Part shown: one piece after another, positions 34,898 through 55,511 of the stretch
Position numbering within the stretch: position 1 is the stretch's first letter
How the letters are laid out: each line of letters opens with the position of its first letter
Assembly: GCF_009914755.1 (NCBI RefSeq)
Contig: NC_060934.1
DNA: 64,000 nt
DNA from: the human T2T-CHM13v2.0 reference genome, Homo sapiens
Strand: one strand, 5' to 3'
The notes under the pieces: generated by a model
What the model saw: the letters and a program-made list of their open reading frames with translations, nothing else
What the model was told of the DNA's origin: nothing
Databases searched by the model: none
Made by a program: the position numbers and the translations under genes

Positions 34898-35154
34898 CTA
34901 CGAAAAATAAAAAAATTAGCCAGTGGCACACCTCTGGTAACCAGCCACACGGGAGGCTGAGGCAGGAGGATTGCTTGAGCCCAGGAGGTTGAGGCTACAG
35001 TGAACCATATTCATGCCACTGCACTCCAACCTGGGCAACACGACAAGACCACACAGCAAGACCCTGTCTCAAAAAAAAAAGAAAGAAAGTTTGTTTATTT
35101 CATTCATTTATTATTTTGAGACAGGGTCTTGCTCTGTCGCACAGGCTGGCATGA

Positions 35155-35388
<234 letters not shown>

Positions 35389-35394
35389 TAACCT

Positions 35395-35487
35395 GAGTAC
35401 ATTTTATGATGCTTGCACAATCATTAAATTGCCTAACAATGCATTTCTCAGAACATATCCCTATTGTTAAGTGACGCATAACTGCAT
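35395..35487. mobile_element. Tigger3/Golem-type DNA transposon terminal fragment
   Basis: GCCTAACAATGCATTTCTCAGAACATATCCCTATTGTTAAGTGACGCATAACTG resembles the Tigger3 terminal inverted repeat. Confidence 0.65.
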
Positions 35488-35661
35488 ATATATTTGCAGA
35501 CTTAATGACTATGGTTTATTGTGGAAATCTTTATTGAATTTTTAAAAATAAAATTAATTTAAAATGTTCTTTTTGGCCAGGCATGCTGGCTCACGCCTGG
35601 AATCCCAGCAGTTTGGGAGGCTGAGGCGAGCAGATCACTTGAGGTCAGGAGTTCAAGACCG

Positions 35662-36843
<1,182 letters not shown>

Positions 36844-37224
36844 TGATATGGTTTGGATCTGTGTCCCCACCAAATCTCATGTTGAATTGTAATCCCCAAT
36901 GTTGGAGGTGGGGCCTGGTGGGAGGTGATTGGATCACGGGGTTGGATTTCTCATGAATGGTTTAGCACAATTTCCCTTTGGTACTGTCCTCACAAAAGTG
37001 AATAAGGTCTTGTGTGATATGGTTGTTTAAAAGTGTGTAGCACTTCCCTCCTTATTCTCTCTCTTCTGGTTCCTATCATGTTTTTGCCTTCAGCCATGAT
37101 TGGAAGCTAAGCTGCTATGATTCCTGTACAGCCTGCAGAACTGTGAGACAATTAAATCTGTTTTATTTGTAAATCACCCAGTCTCAGGTATTTCTTTATA
37201 GCAATGTAAGAATGGACTAATACA
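36844..37224 (+). mobile_element. ERVL-MaLR LTR (MSTA-like)
   Basis: Starts TGATATGGTTTGGATCTGTGTCCCCACC and ends TTCTTTATAGCAATG...GGACTAATACA (TG...CA termini). Confidence 0.85.
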
Positions 37225-37738
37225 GTATGTGAATTACATCTTAACAAAACTGCTATTTTAAGAAACAGAGTTCAGGCATGGTGGCTCACACCTATAATCC
37301 CAGCACTTTGGGAGGCTGAGATGGCTGATTGCTTGATCTCAGGAGTTCAAAACCAGCCTGGGCAACATGGCAAAACCCCATCTCTACAAAAAATTAAAAA
37401 AAATAGCCAGATGTGGTGGTGCACATCTGTAACGTCTGTTGTCCCAGCTACTTGGGAGGCTGAGGTGGGAAGAGATCAATTGAGCCCCCCAGGTTGAGGC
37501 TACACTGAGCCATGATTGTGCCACTGCATTCCATGCATTCTAGGCTGGGCAAAACAGAGTGAGACCTTGTCTTTCTTTTTTTTTTTTTTGAGACAGAGTT
37601 TTGCTGTTGTTGCCTAGGCTGGAGTGCAATGGTGCAATTTCAGCTCATTGAAACCTCTGCCTCCCAGGTTCAGGCAATTCCCTGCCTCAGCCTCCCGAGT
37701 AGCTGGGATTACAGGCACCCGCCACCATGCCCGGCTAA

Positions 37739-37918
<180 letters not shown>

Positions 37919-38532
37919 TAATCCCCAGTGACAAAATCATAACAATGGTTGCCTTGGTGCTAGGGAGAAGAATTAACTGGGAAGGAGCATGAGAGAACTC
38001 TCTGGGAGTGACAGAAAGGTTCTGTATGTGAAGGAGGGGTTTGAGTTAAACAAATAGGTATTTGTTGAAACTCATGCATTTCATTATATGTCAATTAAAA
38101 TATATCATATGTACATTATGCACATATAACTATGCATATGTGTATATTTTCTGCTTCTTCCAAGGAACTGTATAATTTGCATTAAGAAAATAATTCTTGG
38201 GAACAGATTGTGAGGACAAGAAAAAAAGATAATTCTTATAATATTCACATCTTCTTTTGAGCAGTTGTTCCATTGAGACAAAGGAACATAGGCAATTATA
38301 CCAAAAAAAAAAATATTATTTCTTTTCTTTCTCTTTTTTTGAAAAAGGGTCTTACTCTGTCGCCCAGGCTGGAGTGCAGTGGTGTGATCATGGATCACTG
38401 CAACCTCAACCTCTCGGGTCAATCAATCTTCTCCCTCCTCAGCCTTCTAAGTAGTTGGGACTATAGGCATGTGCCACCACACCTGGTTAATTTTTGTATT
38501 TCGTAGAGATGGGGTTTCATCACGTTGTCTAA

Positions 38533-39309
<777 letters not shown>

Positions 39310-39827
39310 TAATCACCCACAACATTTAATACAACAAACCAATCACATAACCTAGAAACAGTGCATCACACCACACAGCCCTAAGAGGGAGCAGAAACCT
39401 GGATTTACCCAATAGGCCATGACTGTCAGCCACGTGTGGTGGCTCATGCCTGTAATCCCAGCACTTTGGGAGGCTGAGGTGGGCAGATCACTTGAGGCCA
39501 AGAGTTTGAGATTAGCCTCGCCAACACGGTGAAACCTCATCTGTATTAAAAATACAAAAATTAGCTGGTGTGGTGGGACACCTATAGTCCCAGCTACTTG
39601 GCAGGCTGAGGTACTAGAATCACTTGACCCCAGGAGGAGGAGGTGCAGTGAGCCGAAATCACGCCACTGCACTCCAGCCTGGTGACAGAGCAAGACTCTG
39701 TCTCCAAAAAAAAAAAAAAAAAAAAAAAGTCACGGTTGGGCATGGTGGCTCACGCCTGTAATCCCAGCACTTTGGGAGGCTGATGCAGGCAGATCAGGAG
39801 GTCAGGAGATCGAGACCATCCTGGCTA

Positions 39828-40190
<363 letters not shown>

Positions 40191-40381
40191 TCCCCAAGAA
40201 TTATATTTCTAGCAAACAAAAATTTGTTTGAGAGTTCATCAAATCTTCATTAGTACTTCATAAGCTTCTCAGAGTCATATAGCTCTTAAAACAATTTTCA
40301 TGGCCGGGCGCGGTGGCTCACACCTGTAATCCCAGCACTTTGGGAGGCCCAGGTGGGTGGATCACCTGAGGTCGGGAGTTA

Positions 40382-40629
<248 letters not shown>

Positions 40630-40771
40630 TCAGAAATACATTAGAATATGTGGTCCTATTTTCTCTTCATTAAACTTGTAGATCCTATCTTGGTTTTTAT
40701 TATTTTGACTAAGAGACTTCACATTATATTCCCACTCACATTATAGGTTAATTAAAACATCAAAATAGTTA

Positions 40772-41345
<574 letters not shown>

Positions 41346-41439
41346 CTCTAAAGCCTAATAAGTACTTGCAAGTTTTTCTTGAAATGTCCTTCTGGATGCA
41401 TTGGCCTAGAAGCCTTCAAAATTGTATTATAGCACTGGA

Positions 41440-41672
41440 CAGGCGGAAAAAAACAAGGCTTTTAGAATCAAACTGCCTAGAGTCTGAGCCCTGTCTCACC
41501 CACTGACTGTAGGAAGTTATATGTCCTTACTGTATCTCAGTTTCCTTTATCTTTAAAATGGGAAATAAAAAACTGCCTGCTTTCTTAGAATAATTATGAA
41601 GAATAAATAAGCTAATCTACATAAATTACTTAGAACAGTACCTGACACACAGCAAGAATTTGATAAATATTA
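41440..41672 (+). mobile_element. MIR (representative; others at ~19670-19890, 24100-24670, 43990-44200, 56050-56290, 62350-62600)
   Basis: MIR core TCTCAGTTTCCTT.ATCT.TAAAATGGG, or its complement CCCATTTTACAGATGA. Confidence 0.65.
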
Positions 41673-41801
41673 AATATAATTATTATTTATAGTGTAGGTA
41701 ATTTTAAGAGTATTGTAGAATATTTATGAAAACTTACTGATAACATGGATAACTTTCACTAAGTAACTTATCTGTTAGACATGGGTATGTCTATAACCTA
41801 C

Positions 41802-41888
41802 CTGCATTGCTGCATCACCTATTGCACGTCGGATTTCCCTTAGAGTTTGATACTGCTCCAACAGGTGATCACCACAGATTATATCTAC
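41802..41888 (-). CDS. PCGF6: PCGF6 penultimate coding exon (87 nt, RAWUL domain)
   Basis: TCCATAG|GTA...CAG|GTAGGT. Encodes [29 protein letters not shown]; phase 0-0. Confidence 0.95.
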
Positions 41889-42419
41889 CTATGGACATGA
41901 AGAGAGTATTAGATTGATTTCTTGCTTCAAAATACCATCTGAAGAAATGAGGAAAACAAATCAACATAAATTGTTTCCAAACTAGATTTTGTAATTTTAT
42001 TTTAGACTGATTAAACGCTCTTGAAAAGAGAGTTTTAGAAACTTTTTACAGAAGTAAATAAGGTAACATGGGAAGAGCATTAGAGGATACAGCAGGACAA
42101 CAGCACAGTATAATTGATATTCAAAATGATTTCCCTGAATCTCAAAGAAATTAAGTCATTTTAGACTTTAATTAAGAAATTCATTTTGACATTAATTAAG
42201 AAATTAAGTCAAATTAGATGTATTCAACATCAGGTAGCAAAGGAAAGTATATCTTTTTAAATATCTGTGATAAAAATCATTAAGGCCGGGAGCAGTGGCT
42301 CACGCCTGTAATCCCAGCACTTTGGGAGGCAGAGGCGGGCAGATCACCTGAGGTCAGGAGTTCCAGACCAGCCTGGCCAACATGGTGAAACCCTGTCTCT
42401 ACTAAAAATACAAAAACTA

Positions 42420-42566
<147 letters not shown>

Positions 42567-42567
42567 T

Positions 42568-42604
<37 letters not shown>

Positions 42605-42746
42605 TAAAAGGTATTAATGCTTAAAAAGGCAATCATCCATTATTTGAAAAAATTCTCTTAGGAGGAATATCTCATTTTCCAACAATGCCACATAAATCAT
42701 AGTACAACACTGACTTGAAGTTCACACTAAGGAAACTGTTTTGTAG

Positions 42747-43182
<436 letters not shown>

Positions 43183-43582
43183 TAGCCAGGATGGTCTAGA
43201 TCTCCTGACCTGATGATCCGCCCACCTCAGCCTCCCAAAATGCTGGGATTACAGGCGTGAGCCACCGTGCCCGGCCAATTGTGTGGTTTTCTTTTTTCAA
43301 TTTTTGTAGAGACAGGGTCTCGGTATATTGCCCAGGCTGGTCTCAAACTCCTAGTCGTAAGTGATCCTCCTGCCTTGGCCTCCCAAAACACAGGTGTGAG
43401 CCAGTGTGCTCCGGCCAATATACTGACTTTTATATAGAATTCTCTAGAGAGAATATTGTTGTATATATACATTTTATTAAGACTCTACTATACTTACTTG
43501 CTAAGATAGAAATGCAAATCTTTAATCTTTCACTGAGTACTACTTCCTATTACCTTAAAATGGGGTTAGAGCTTCAACAGCT

Positions 43583-43586
<4 letters not shown>

Positions 43587-43659
<73 letters not shown>
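43587..43659. repeat. Compound microsatellite (TG)n(TA)n(GA)n
   Basis: Directly visible. Confidence 0.95.
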
Positions 43660-43662
<3 letters not shown>

Positions 43663-44234
43663 TCTCACTTAACTGGCTCCATCTCCTAACATTACTATTT
43701 AGATTATGGTATGAAATTTCTCATTGTCTTCCATACCAGAATGTCACCTCTGCTTCCTCTTTCTCCTTTTCCTTTCTTCTTACATGCAATCAATTACAAA
43801 GTCCTATTGCTTCTTTCTTCCTATCTCTTGAATTCATATCATACCTTTCAACTACTGCCCATAGACTTAAACCACTAAAACTACCTCCTAGCCAGACTTC
43901 TTATCTTCAATACTGTTTACTCCAATAAATTTTATACACTGTCAACATGTTAAACTCTAAAAACTTTTAGCATGGTTGGGAAAGAACAGTAATAGCAGCT
44001 GCATTTAAATAAGCAGCCACTATGTACAATAAGTTACATATGTATTTGACATGTGTTATCTAATCCTCATATTCCTATGAATTAGGTAACTACAATTCTG
44101 ATTTTACAGATAGGGAAACTAAGAAGTAAAGACATTAAACTTTCCTGAGATCACAAAGCTAGTAAATAGCAAAGTTCAGATATAAACCCAGGTCTGTCCA
44201 AGATCTAATTTTCTCCAAAGCCTAAATGCCATCT

Positions 44235-44385
44235 CAGGGGTCGGCAAACCGTTTCTGCAAAGGGCCAAATAATAAATGCCTCAGGCTTTGTGGGCCATAG
44301 CATCTCTGTTATATCTCTTCAATTCAGCTGTTATAGCACAAAAGCAGCCACGGTGTGGCTGTGCTTTCAATTCATTTTGCAAATA
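44235..44385 (+). mobile_element. MER58A-like hAT MITE
   Basis: CAGGGGTCGGCAAAC...AAAGGGCCA...GGCTTTGTGGGCCATA...AAAGCAGCCA. Confidence 0.7.
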
Positions 44386-44593
44386 CCACTCTGTCAATTT
44401 AAAAGCTAGTAAGTCTAAAATCCAAAAGTTGTTACTAATCTGAGATTATATAGAATTATGAGATAGAACCCGGGTTGGCATACTCAAGGGCCAAATCTAG
44501 CCTGTCACCTGTTTTTAGAGTGGTATTTCCAAAGTGACTTGAAAGTAATGATATGAGATCTTGCACAGAGAACTTAGATCCATAAAAAGTTAA

Positions 44594-44863
<270 letters not shown>

Positions 44864-46469
44864 TGATCCGCCCACCTCAGGCTCCCAAAGTGCTGGGATT
44901 ACAGGCATGAGCCAAATCACCGGGCCTATGTTTCATTAAATATTTAGCAATCCAAAAACTATCACTCTTAGTGGGCTTTATAACACGTGGTATACATTCA
45001 CGGTATTATTACTATATTTTCAACTTTGAATTTTTACAGATCTTTAAATTTTTTGTAAAAAGCTTTACAAAAATCTTTACAAAATAATTCACTGTAACAA
45101 ATTCAGAAAACACAGAGGTGCTGGGTACTGTGGCTCTCATCTATAATCTTAGCTGCTTGGGAAGCTGAGGCAGGAGGACTGCTTGAGTTTGAGGTAGTGA
45201 GATATGATCGTACCGCTCCACCCCAAGCCTGGGCAACAAAACGAAACCTCATCTCAAAATAAATAAATAAATAAAAAGACAGGTATATAGTAACAAACTT
45301 AAAAAAAATTGTAGAAAGTAGAATGATAAATCCTCACTTCAATCCTAGCCCCTAGAGGGTGGTCAGTTTCTTTTTTCTGTTTTTTTTTTGAGACAGAGTT
45401 TCGCTCTTGTTGTCCAGGCTGGAGGGCAATGACGCAACCTTGGCTCACTGCAAACTCTGCCTCTCCTGGGTTCAAGCAATTCTCCTGCCTCAGCCTCCCA
45501 AGTAGCTGGGATTACAGGCATGCATCACCACGCATGGCTAATTTTGTATTTTTAGTAGACACGGGGTTTCTCATCTTGGTCAGACTGGTCTCGAACTCCC
45601 GAACTCAGGCAATCCGCCCACTTCAGCCTCCCAAAGTGCTGGGATTACAGGCATGAGCCACCGCACCCAGCTGGGGTTGGTCAGTTTCTAAGAGTTTGAT
45701 GTGTATGGTCCTAGAACACTATGTGTGCATGTGGGTTTTTCTGTTATTCATTTTTTGCTTTAAAAAAAATGGGATCAACTGGGTGCGGTGGCTCACGCCT
45801 GTAATCCCAGCACTTTGGGAGGCCGAGACGGGCAGATCACCTGAGGTCAGGAGTTCGAGACCAGCTTGGCCAACATGGCAAAACCCTGTCTCTACAAAAA
45901 ATACAAAAATAAGCTGGGTGTGGTGGCAGACACCTGTAATCCCAGCTACTCAGGAGGCTGAGGCAGGAGGATCACTCAAACCTGGGAGTCAGAAGTTGTA
46001 GTGAACCGAGATCGCGCCACTGCACTCTAGCCTGGGTAACAGAGGGAGACTCCATCTCAAAAAAAAAAAAAGAAAAAAGTGCGGGTGCGGTGGCGCACAC
46101 CTGTAATCCTAGCACTTTGGGAGGCTGAGGCAGGCGGATCACAAGGTCAGCAGTTCAAGACCAGCCTGGCCAAGATGGTAAAACCCTGTCTCTACCAAAA
46201 ATACAAAAAAATTAGCCGGGCATGGTGGCGGTCGCCTGTAATCCCAGCTACTCAGGAGGCTGAGGCAGAGAATGGCTTGAACCTGGGAGGCAGAGGCTGC
46301 AGTGAGCTGAGATGGCACCACTGCACTCCAGCCTGGGCGACAGAGCGAGACTCTGTCTGAAAAAAAAAAAGAAAAAAGAAAAAAAAAGTTGGTTTTGTTG
46401 GCACTCGCTGTCTAACAACTACCAAATTGCAGTTAGAAAACTTTTCACATTAGTGTAGGAAACTTTTTG

Positions 46470-46565
46470 CAGGCCTAGTTCCTCGATAGCCAAAGGCCAG
46501 CTTTGTAAGCAGGCCCTTCTAACGACAGCAGCCTCAAGGCTGATACGTTAACTCTTTTGTGCATA
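46470..46565 (-). mobile_element. ERVL LTR 5' fragment (MER68-like)
   Basis: Reverse complement TGCACAAAAGAGTTAAC...GAGGCTGCTGTCGTTAGAAGGGCCTGCTTACAAAGCTGGCCTTTGGCT resembles my recollection of the MER68 start. Confidence 0.45.
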
Positions 46566-46763
46566 ATATCTTACCCTCTGGAGTATCAAGAAGAGATAAC
46601 AAAAATATTTTTGAATCTCAGAGCAGAAATCAGACCATGAAAGTAGTCTTATTAAAAGGAGAAAAAGTCCTCATCTTTTTAAAAGCAAGATCATGCTAGA
46701 GCTTCCAAGTTAAGATTTTTCAATCAGTGTGCTTTGATAAGCCACACTGGCTCATTCCTTTGA

Positions 46764-46889
<126 letters not shown>

Positions 46890-49025
46890 TGAGTAGCTGA
46901 GACTACAGGCGTACCACCATGCCCAGCTAATTTTTTTTTTGTATTTTTAGTAGAGACGGGGTTTCACCATGTTGGCCAGGATGGTCTCGATCTCTTGACC
47001 TTGTGATGTGCCCGCCTCGGTCTCCCAAAGTGCTGGGATTACAAGCGTGAGCCACCGGACCTGGCCATACATACTCTTCTTTGCTACTAAGTTCTTTTTT
47101 TCTGTGTCTGGCAAATTCCTATTTGTTCTTCAAACCCATTCCTGAGTTAAATCATTCACTTTTGTGTTATCTCCACTGTTGCATTCATTACATCCTATTG
47201 TTAGTTAGTTGTTTACTTATATATCTTTCCTACAAAATTCTGAGTCCCCTGATGGCATGAATTTTGTCTCATCTTTGTACTCCTAAGGTCAAATACACAG
47301 ACCCTCAATTTAGTAACAATATATAATAAATGGTATGGAAACATCATATATTAGTCCTTAAAAAATTATTTGGAAACTAAATTTAATAGAAGGCTTAATA
47401 TCATACACCAAATAAGTAATAATAATAACCTAACTTTTTTGAGATGGAGTCTTGCTCTGTCGCCAGGCTGTAGTGCAGTGGTGCGATCTCGGCTCACCGC
47501 AACCTCCACCTCCTGGATTCATGTGATTCTCCTGCCTCATCTTCCCGAGTAGCTGGGACTATACAGGTGCATACCACCATGCCCAGCTAATTTTTGTATT
47601 TTTAGTAGAGATGGGGTTTCACCATGTGGGCCAGGATGGTCTCCATCTCTTGACCTCGTGATCCGCCCGCCTCAGCCTCCCAAAATGCTGAGATTACAGG
47701 TATGAGCCACCATGCCTGGCCAGCCTAACTTTTAAGATGGAATTAGTTATGGCAGGATTAACAAAATCAAATATCACATCTTATAGAAGAATTTTTAGTG
47801 ATCAATGTGAGGTGTATGTTCTAAATTTCATCTCATAAAAGCAAAATAAGGTCTGAATATCAAACAAAGCAAAATACAATAAGACATCAAAGAGTAAATA
47901 CCACTAAATCAACCACAGTAACCCTGAGACACTGGAGTCTCTATGAGAAAGAAACATATTTGGATAATTATTGATCTCTAAATTTTAAATGAACTTAAAT
48001 CTTTCTTAAGAACACATGATGGCCGGGCGCGGTGGCTCACACTTGTAATCCCAGCACTTTGGGAGGCCGAGGTGGGCAGATTGCCTGAGGCTGGGAGTTC
48101 AAGACCAGCCTGGCCAACATGGAGAAACTCTGTCTACTAAAAAAACTAGAAAATTAGCCAGGCATGGTGGCGCATGCCTGTAATCCCAGCTACTCAGGAG
48201 GCTGAGGCAGGATAATCGCTTGAACCCAGGAGGCGGAGGTTGCGGTGAGCCGACATCATCGCACCATTGCACTCCATCCTGGGCAAAAACAGTGAAACTT
48301 TGTCTCAAAAAAAAAAAGATCTGTATTTTTTAAACTTTTGGAATTGTCTTGTTTTTAAAATTTGATCTGCCACAAAAAACTTTAAAGTTTAACAGTCCCG
48401 TGGGAATTACTCGTTCCTGTTAGTAAATAACCACAAATGAAGGTCACATATCTGTAAACCATGCACACATTTCCCACCTGGGACTAACTGGTTCAAAGAA
48501 AGTCAGCATAGCAGGCTCGTGACTGCAGGACACCAAGAATTGTAGTCTGATGACTAGCAAACCAGCTCAATGTTTTGTTCATATTAGAAGTAACTCTTAA
48601 TTACTTACTCTACCTTAAATTTAGGCCTCAACAATTTTAGTCCCCAATTAATGGGTCTGTATATTTGATAATTCTAACATTTTGGTTAAATAATAATTTA
48701 TGAACATTACCAGCTATACAGTAGCTGAGTGGTAGAATATTTATTTAGAGAGCCAAGAGCTGACAAAGAAAATTAAAGGTTGAAACAAATTTTATATCTT
48801 TCTTTTTGAGACAGGGTCTCATCATGCACTGCCGCCTTGACCTCCCAAGCTTAGGTGATCCTCCTACCTCAGGCTCCAGAGTAGCTGGGATTACAGGTAT
48901 GAGCCTTTATATCATTTTATTTCAAAATGCTAAAAGCCTTAAATTCTATGATGTAAGCAAAAAAGAAACCCACATTTTTAGGTAACAAAATCAACTTAGA
49001 AGAGAAATACTGTACAAGATGGTGA

Positions 49026-49139
<114 letters not shown>

Positions 49140-49165
49140 TAAATGGTGAAACCCTGTCTCTACTA

Positions 49166-49394
<229 letters not shown>

Positions 49395-49412
49395 TCACCA
49401 CAAAAAATGTGA

Positions 49413-49791
<379 letters not shown>

Positions 49792-49972
49792 TGAGCCACC
49801 TTGCCTGGCCTTCACTTCACTTATTTTTATTTTTTTTGAGACAGTGTATTGCTGTCGCTCAGGCTCAGTGCAGTGGTGCAATCATGGATCACTGTAGCCT
49901 GGATCTCCCAGGCTCAACCCACCTCAGCCTCCCTAGGAGCTAGGACTACTAGGATTACAGGTGTGCGCTTAA

Positions 49973-50595
<623 letters not shown>

Positions 50596-50931
50596 CTAGA
50601 GAGGGTCCTCCTGGGTATCACTTCTTTTTCTATAATAAGGGCAAGTCTTCTGCTTTTAGAAATAACAGGCTGTTATGGGATCACTCATAATTCTTAATCC
50701 AGGAGTCACTAACCAGCTTTGTCTCTAACAAAAACCTAAGAATAACCTCAAGTGTGCTGTGGCTACAAGGTAAAAATAAGTCATTTCTAGTTTTCAGCTG
50801 CCATGAGATATAACCAGGATATGTCAAGCTCAGTTAGAGAAGTCATATTTCACTGGATTTAGTATATATTTACTACCAGTAAATATCGGTACTAAAAACA
50901 CTAGCAAACTTTCAGTCACTTTTTTTTTTGA

Positions 50932-51332
<401 letters not shown>

Positions 51333-51375
51333 TGAGTAGCCAGGACTACAGGTGTGCGCCACCATACCTGGCTAA

Positions 51376-51528
<153 letters not shown>

Positions 51529-52264
51529 TAACTAACAATACAGTATTTTATTATTTTATTTTACTATTTTTTTGAGACAGATTATCACTCTGTCGCCCAG
51601 GCTGGAGTGCAATGGCATGATCTAGGCTAACTGCAACCTCCGTCTCCCAGGTTCATGCAATTCTCCAGCCTCAGCCTCCCGAGTAGCTGGGATTACAGGA
51701 GTGTGCCACCATGCCAAGCTATTTTTCATTTTTTAGTAGAGACAGGGTTTCACCGTGTTGGCCAGGCTGGTCTCAAACTCCTGACCTCAAATGATCCACC
51801 TGCCTTGGCCTCCCAAAGTACTGGGATTATATAGGTGAGTCACTGTGCCCAGCCACAATACACAGTATTTTAGATAAAAAATTATTCTATAAAACTTAAC
51901 ACATGATGGAGAATAACAAAAAGGCTTTTTAAATTTGACTAATGAAAAAAAAAAAAGAAAAAGCAAAGCTATATAAATGTTCATTTTTACTAACTGGACC
52001 ACAGAACTAGAACTATGAGTATATTTTACTTTTATGTTCAATGATACATGAAGTTTGAGGTTTCCATCGTACAACAAGAAGAAAATATTATGGCTGGGCG
52101 CGGTGGCTTATGCCTGTAATCCCAGCACTTTGGGAGGCCGAGGCGGGAGGATCACGAGGTCAGGAGATGGAGGCCAGCCTGACCAACAACATGGTGAAAC
52201 CCCGTCTCTACTAAAAATACAAAAATTAGCCAGGTGTGGTGGCACAGGCCTGTAATCCCAGCTA

Positions 52265-52412
<148 letters not shown>

Positions 52413-53786
52413 TTACATAGCTAGAACAGGAGATCTCTTTTAATCCATAAAAAAAACTAATAGGGTCAGCTGGGCATGGTGGCTCACGCCTGTAATCCCA
52501 GCACATTGGGAGGCCGAGGTAGGCGGATCACCTGAGGTCAGGAGTTCGAGACCAGCCAGACCAATATGGAGAAACCCCATCTCTACTAAAAATACAAAAT
52601 TAGCCTGGCATGGTGGCACCTGCCTGTAATCCCAGCTACTCAGGAAGGCTGAGGCAGGAGAATCGCCTGAACCCGGGGGGCGGAAGTTGCAGAGAGCTGA
52701 GATCACGCCATTGCACTCCAGCCTGGGCAACAGAGTGGGACTCAGTCTCAAAATAATAAATAAAATAAAATAAAATAAAATAAAATAAAATAAAATAATA
52801 GGGTCCCTATTAGATAAAAATATTTCACTTCTCTAGGTGTCCTGAGCTTTGCTTGTTTTTTTGTTTGTTTTGTTTTGTTTTGAGACGGAGTCTCGCTCTG
52901 TCGTCCAGGCTGGAGTGCAGTAGCGCAATCTTGGCTCACTGTAACCTCTGCCTGCCAGGTTCAAGCAATTCTCCTGCCTCAGCCTCCTGAGTAGCTGGGA
53001 TTACAGGTGTGTGCCAACAGGTCCGGCTAATTTTTGTATTTTTCAGTAGAGATAGGGTTTCACCATGTTGGTCAGGCTGGAATTCCTGACCTCGTGATCC
53101 ACCCACCTCAGCCTCCCAAAGTGCTGGGATTACAGGCATGAGCCACTGCGCCTGGCCGAGCTTGCTTGTTATACTTGAACAACTAATAAATGCAAGGATG
53201 TCCTATAAAGAAAGCGGATGATAAGCAATATTTTTCTCTACTACCAAAATGGAAAGAGCTGGAACTGAGGCCTCTTTAATATTTCTATCTTCAGCTTTTC
53301 TATGACACTAATAGATTGCCATCAGTGGCAGTAGGAAATGGATACTAGCCTGGCACAGTGGCTAACTCCTATAATCCTAGTGCTTTGGGAAGCTGAGGCA
53401 AGAGGATTACTTGAGGCCAGGAGTTTGAGACCAGCCTGGACAAAAGCAAGACCGCATCTCTTAAAAAAAAAAAAAAAAAAATTAGCTGGGCATGGTGGCA
53501 TGTGCCTCTAGTCCTAACTACTCAGGAGGCTGAGACAGGAGGGAGGACCACCCAAGCCCAGGAAAACCTCAAGGTTGTAGTGAGCCATGATCGTGTCAAT
53601 GTACTTCAGCCTGGGCAACAGAAACAGACCCTGTCTCAAAAAAAGAAATGGACAGTAAATCAAATGTGATTAAAGCTGGAGGTGTGAATCACTATGTATC
53701 AATATTCAATTAGCATTAACAATGTCCAGGCGCGGTGGCTCATGCCTGTAATCCCAGCACTTTGGGAGGCCGAGGCGGGCGGATCA

Positions 53787-54028
<242 letters not shown>

Positions 54029-54141
54029 TCATAAAACAAAAATAACAAAAATAATTGCATGAAATCCTACAGAGTTCTTTCTACAGTGTGCTAAAGGTAA
54101 GCTCACAACTTTACCTATTCTTTTACATATATGTACTGTAC

Positions 54142-54240
54142 CTGACAAGCTGGATCAAGACCCATTTTTCTTCTGAGGAATTTTTCTACATGTCCAATAG
54201 TTGCTTCTCCTGAAACTCGAACAAACTTCTTTTCCAATGG
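54142..54240 (-). CDS. PCGF6: PCGF6 coding exon (99 nt, RAWUL domain)
   Basis: GTTTTTGTAG|CCA...CAG|GTACAG. Encodes [33 protein letters not shown], typical of PCGF RAWUL domains; phase 0-0. Confidence 0.95.
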
Positions 54241-54558
54241 CTACAAAAACAGACAGATAAAACTATTTTTAGGTTAAATATACCTGTACATGCATGACGT
54301 ATGTGTATATATATGTAATGTGTAAACATTAAAGAAAATTTTATAGCGAAGATGATTCAATAGACTCTTGAAAAAACTTACTATGAAACAAGTTAATACA
54401 CATATCAGAGAAGAAAAATGGAAATTCTGCTTAGCTTTCCCTTTCTGAAAAGTATGTCAACAATTTTTCTAAATAGGCTTGCTGGTTTATTTTAATGTTT
54501 CATTGAAAAAACAAAACTCAGAGTAAAATTTATTCATTCATTTCAAGTACTGAACTTA

Positions 54559-55002
<444 letters not shown>

Positions 55003-55250
55003 TTAACCAATTACAATGTATGGACCTTACTGAATCCTGATTGAAAAACTATCAACAATTTTCAGGGGACAATCTAGGAAATTTAAGTAGTACATGAATA
55101 TCTGATCAAGGGATTATCATTAATTTAAAAAACTGTAGTATCATTATTATGTTGCCATAAAAGGACACTTAACATGAATTTATAATTATTGGAGTGGTGT
55201 GTACATGGGAGTTCATTATACTATTCTGCCTACTTTTGTATAAGTTTTAA

Positions 55251-55511
<261 letters not shown>

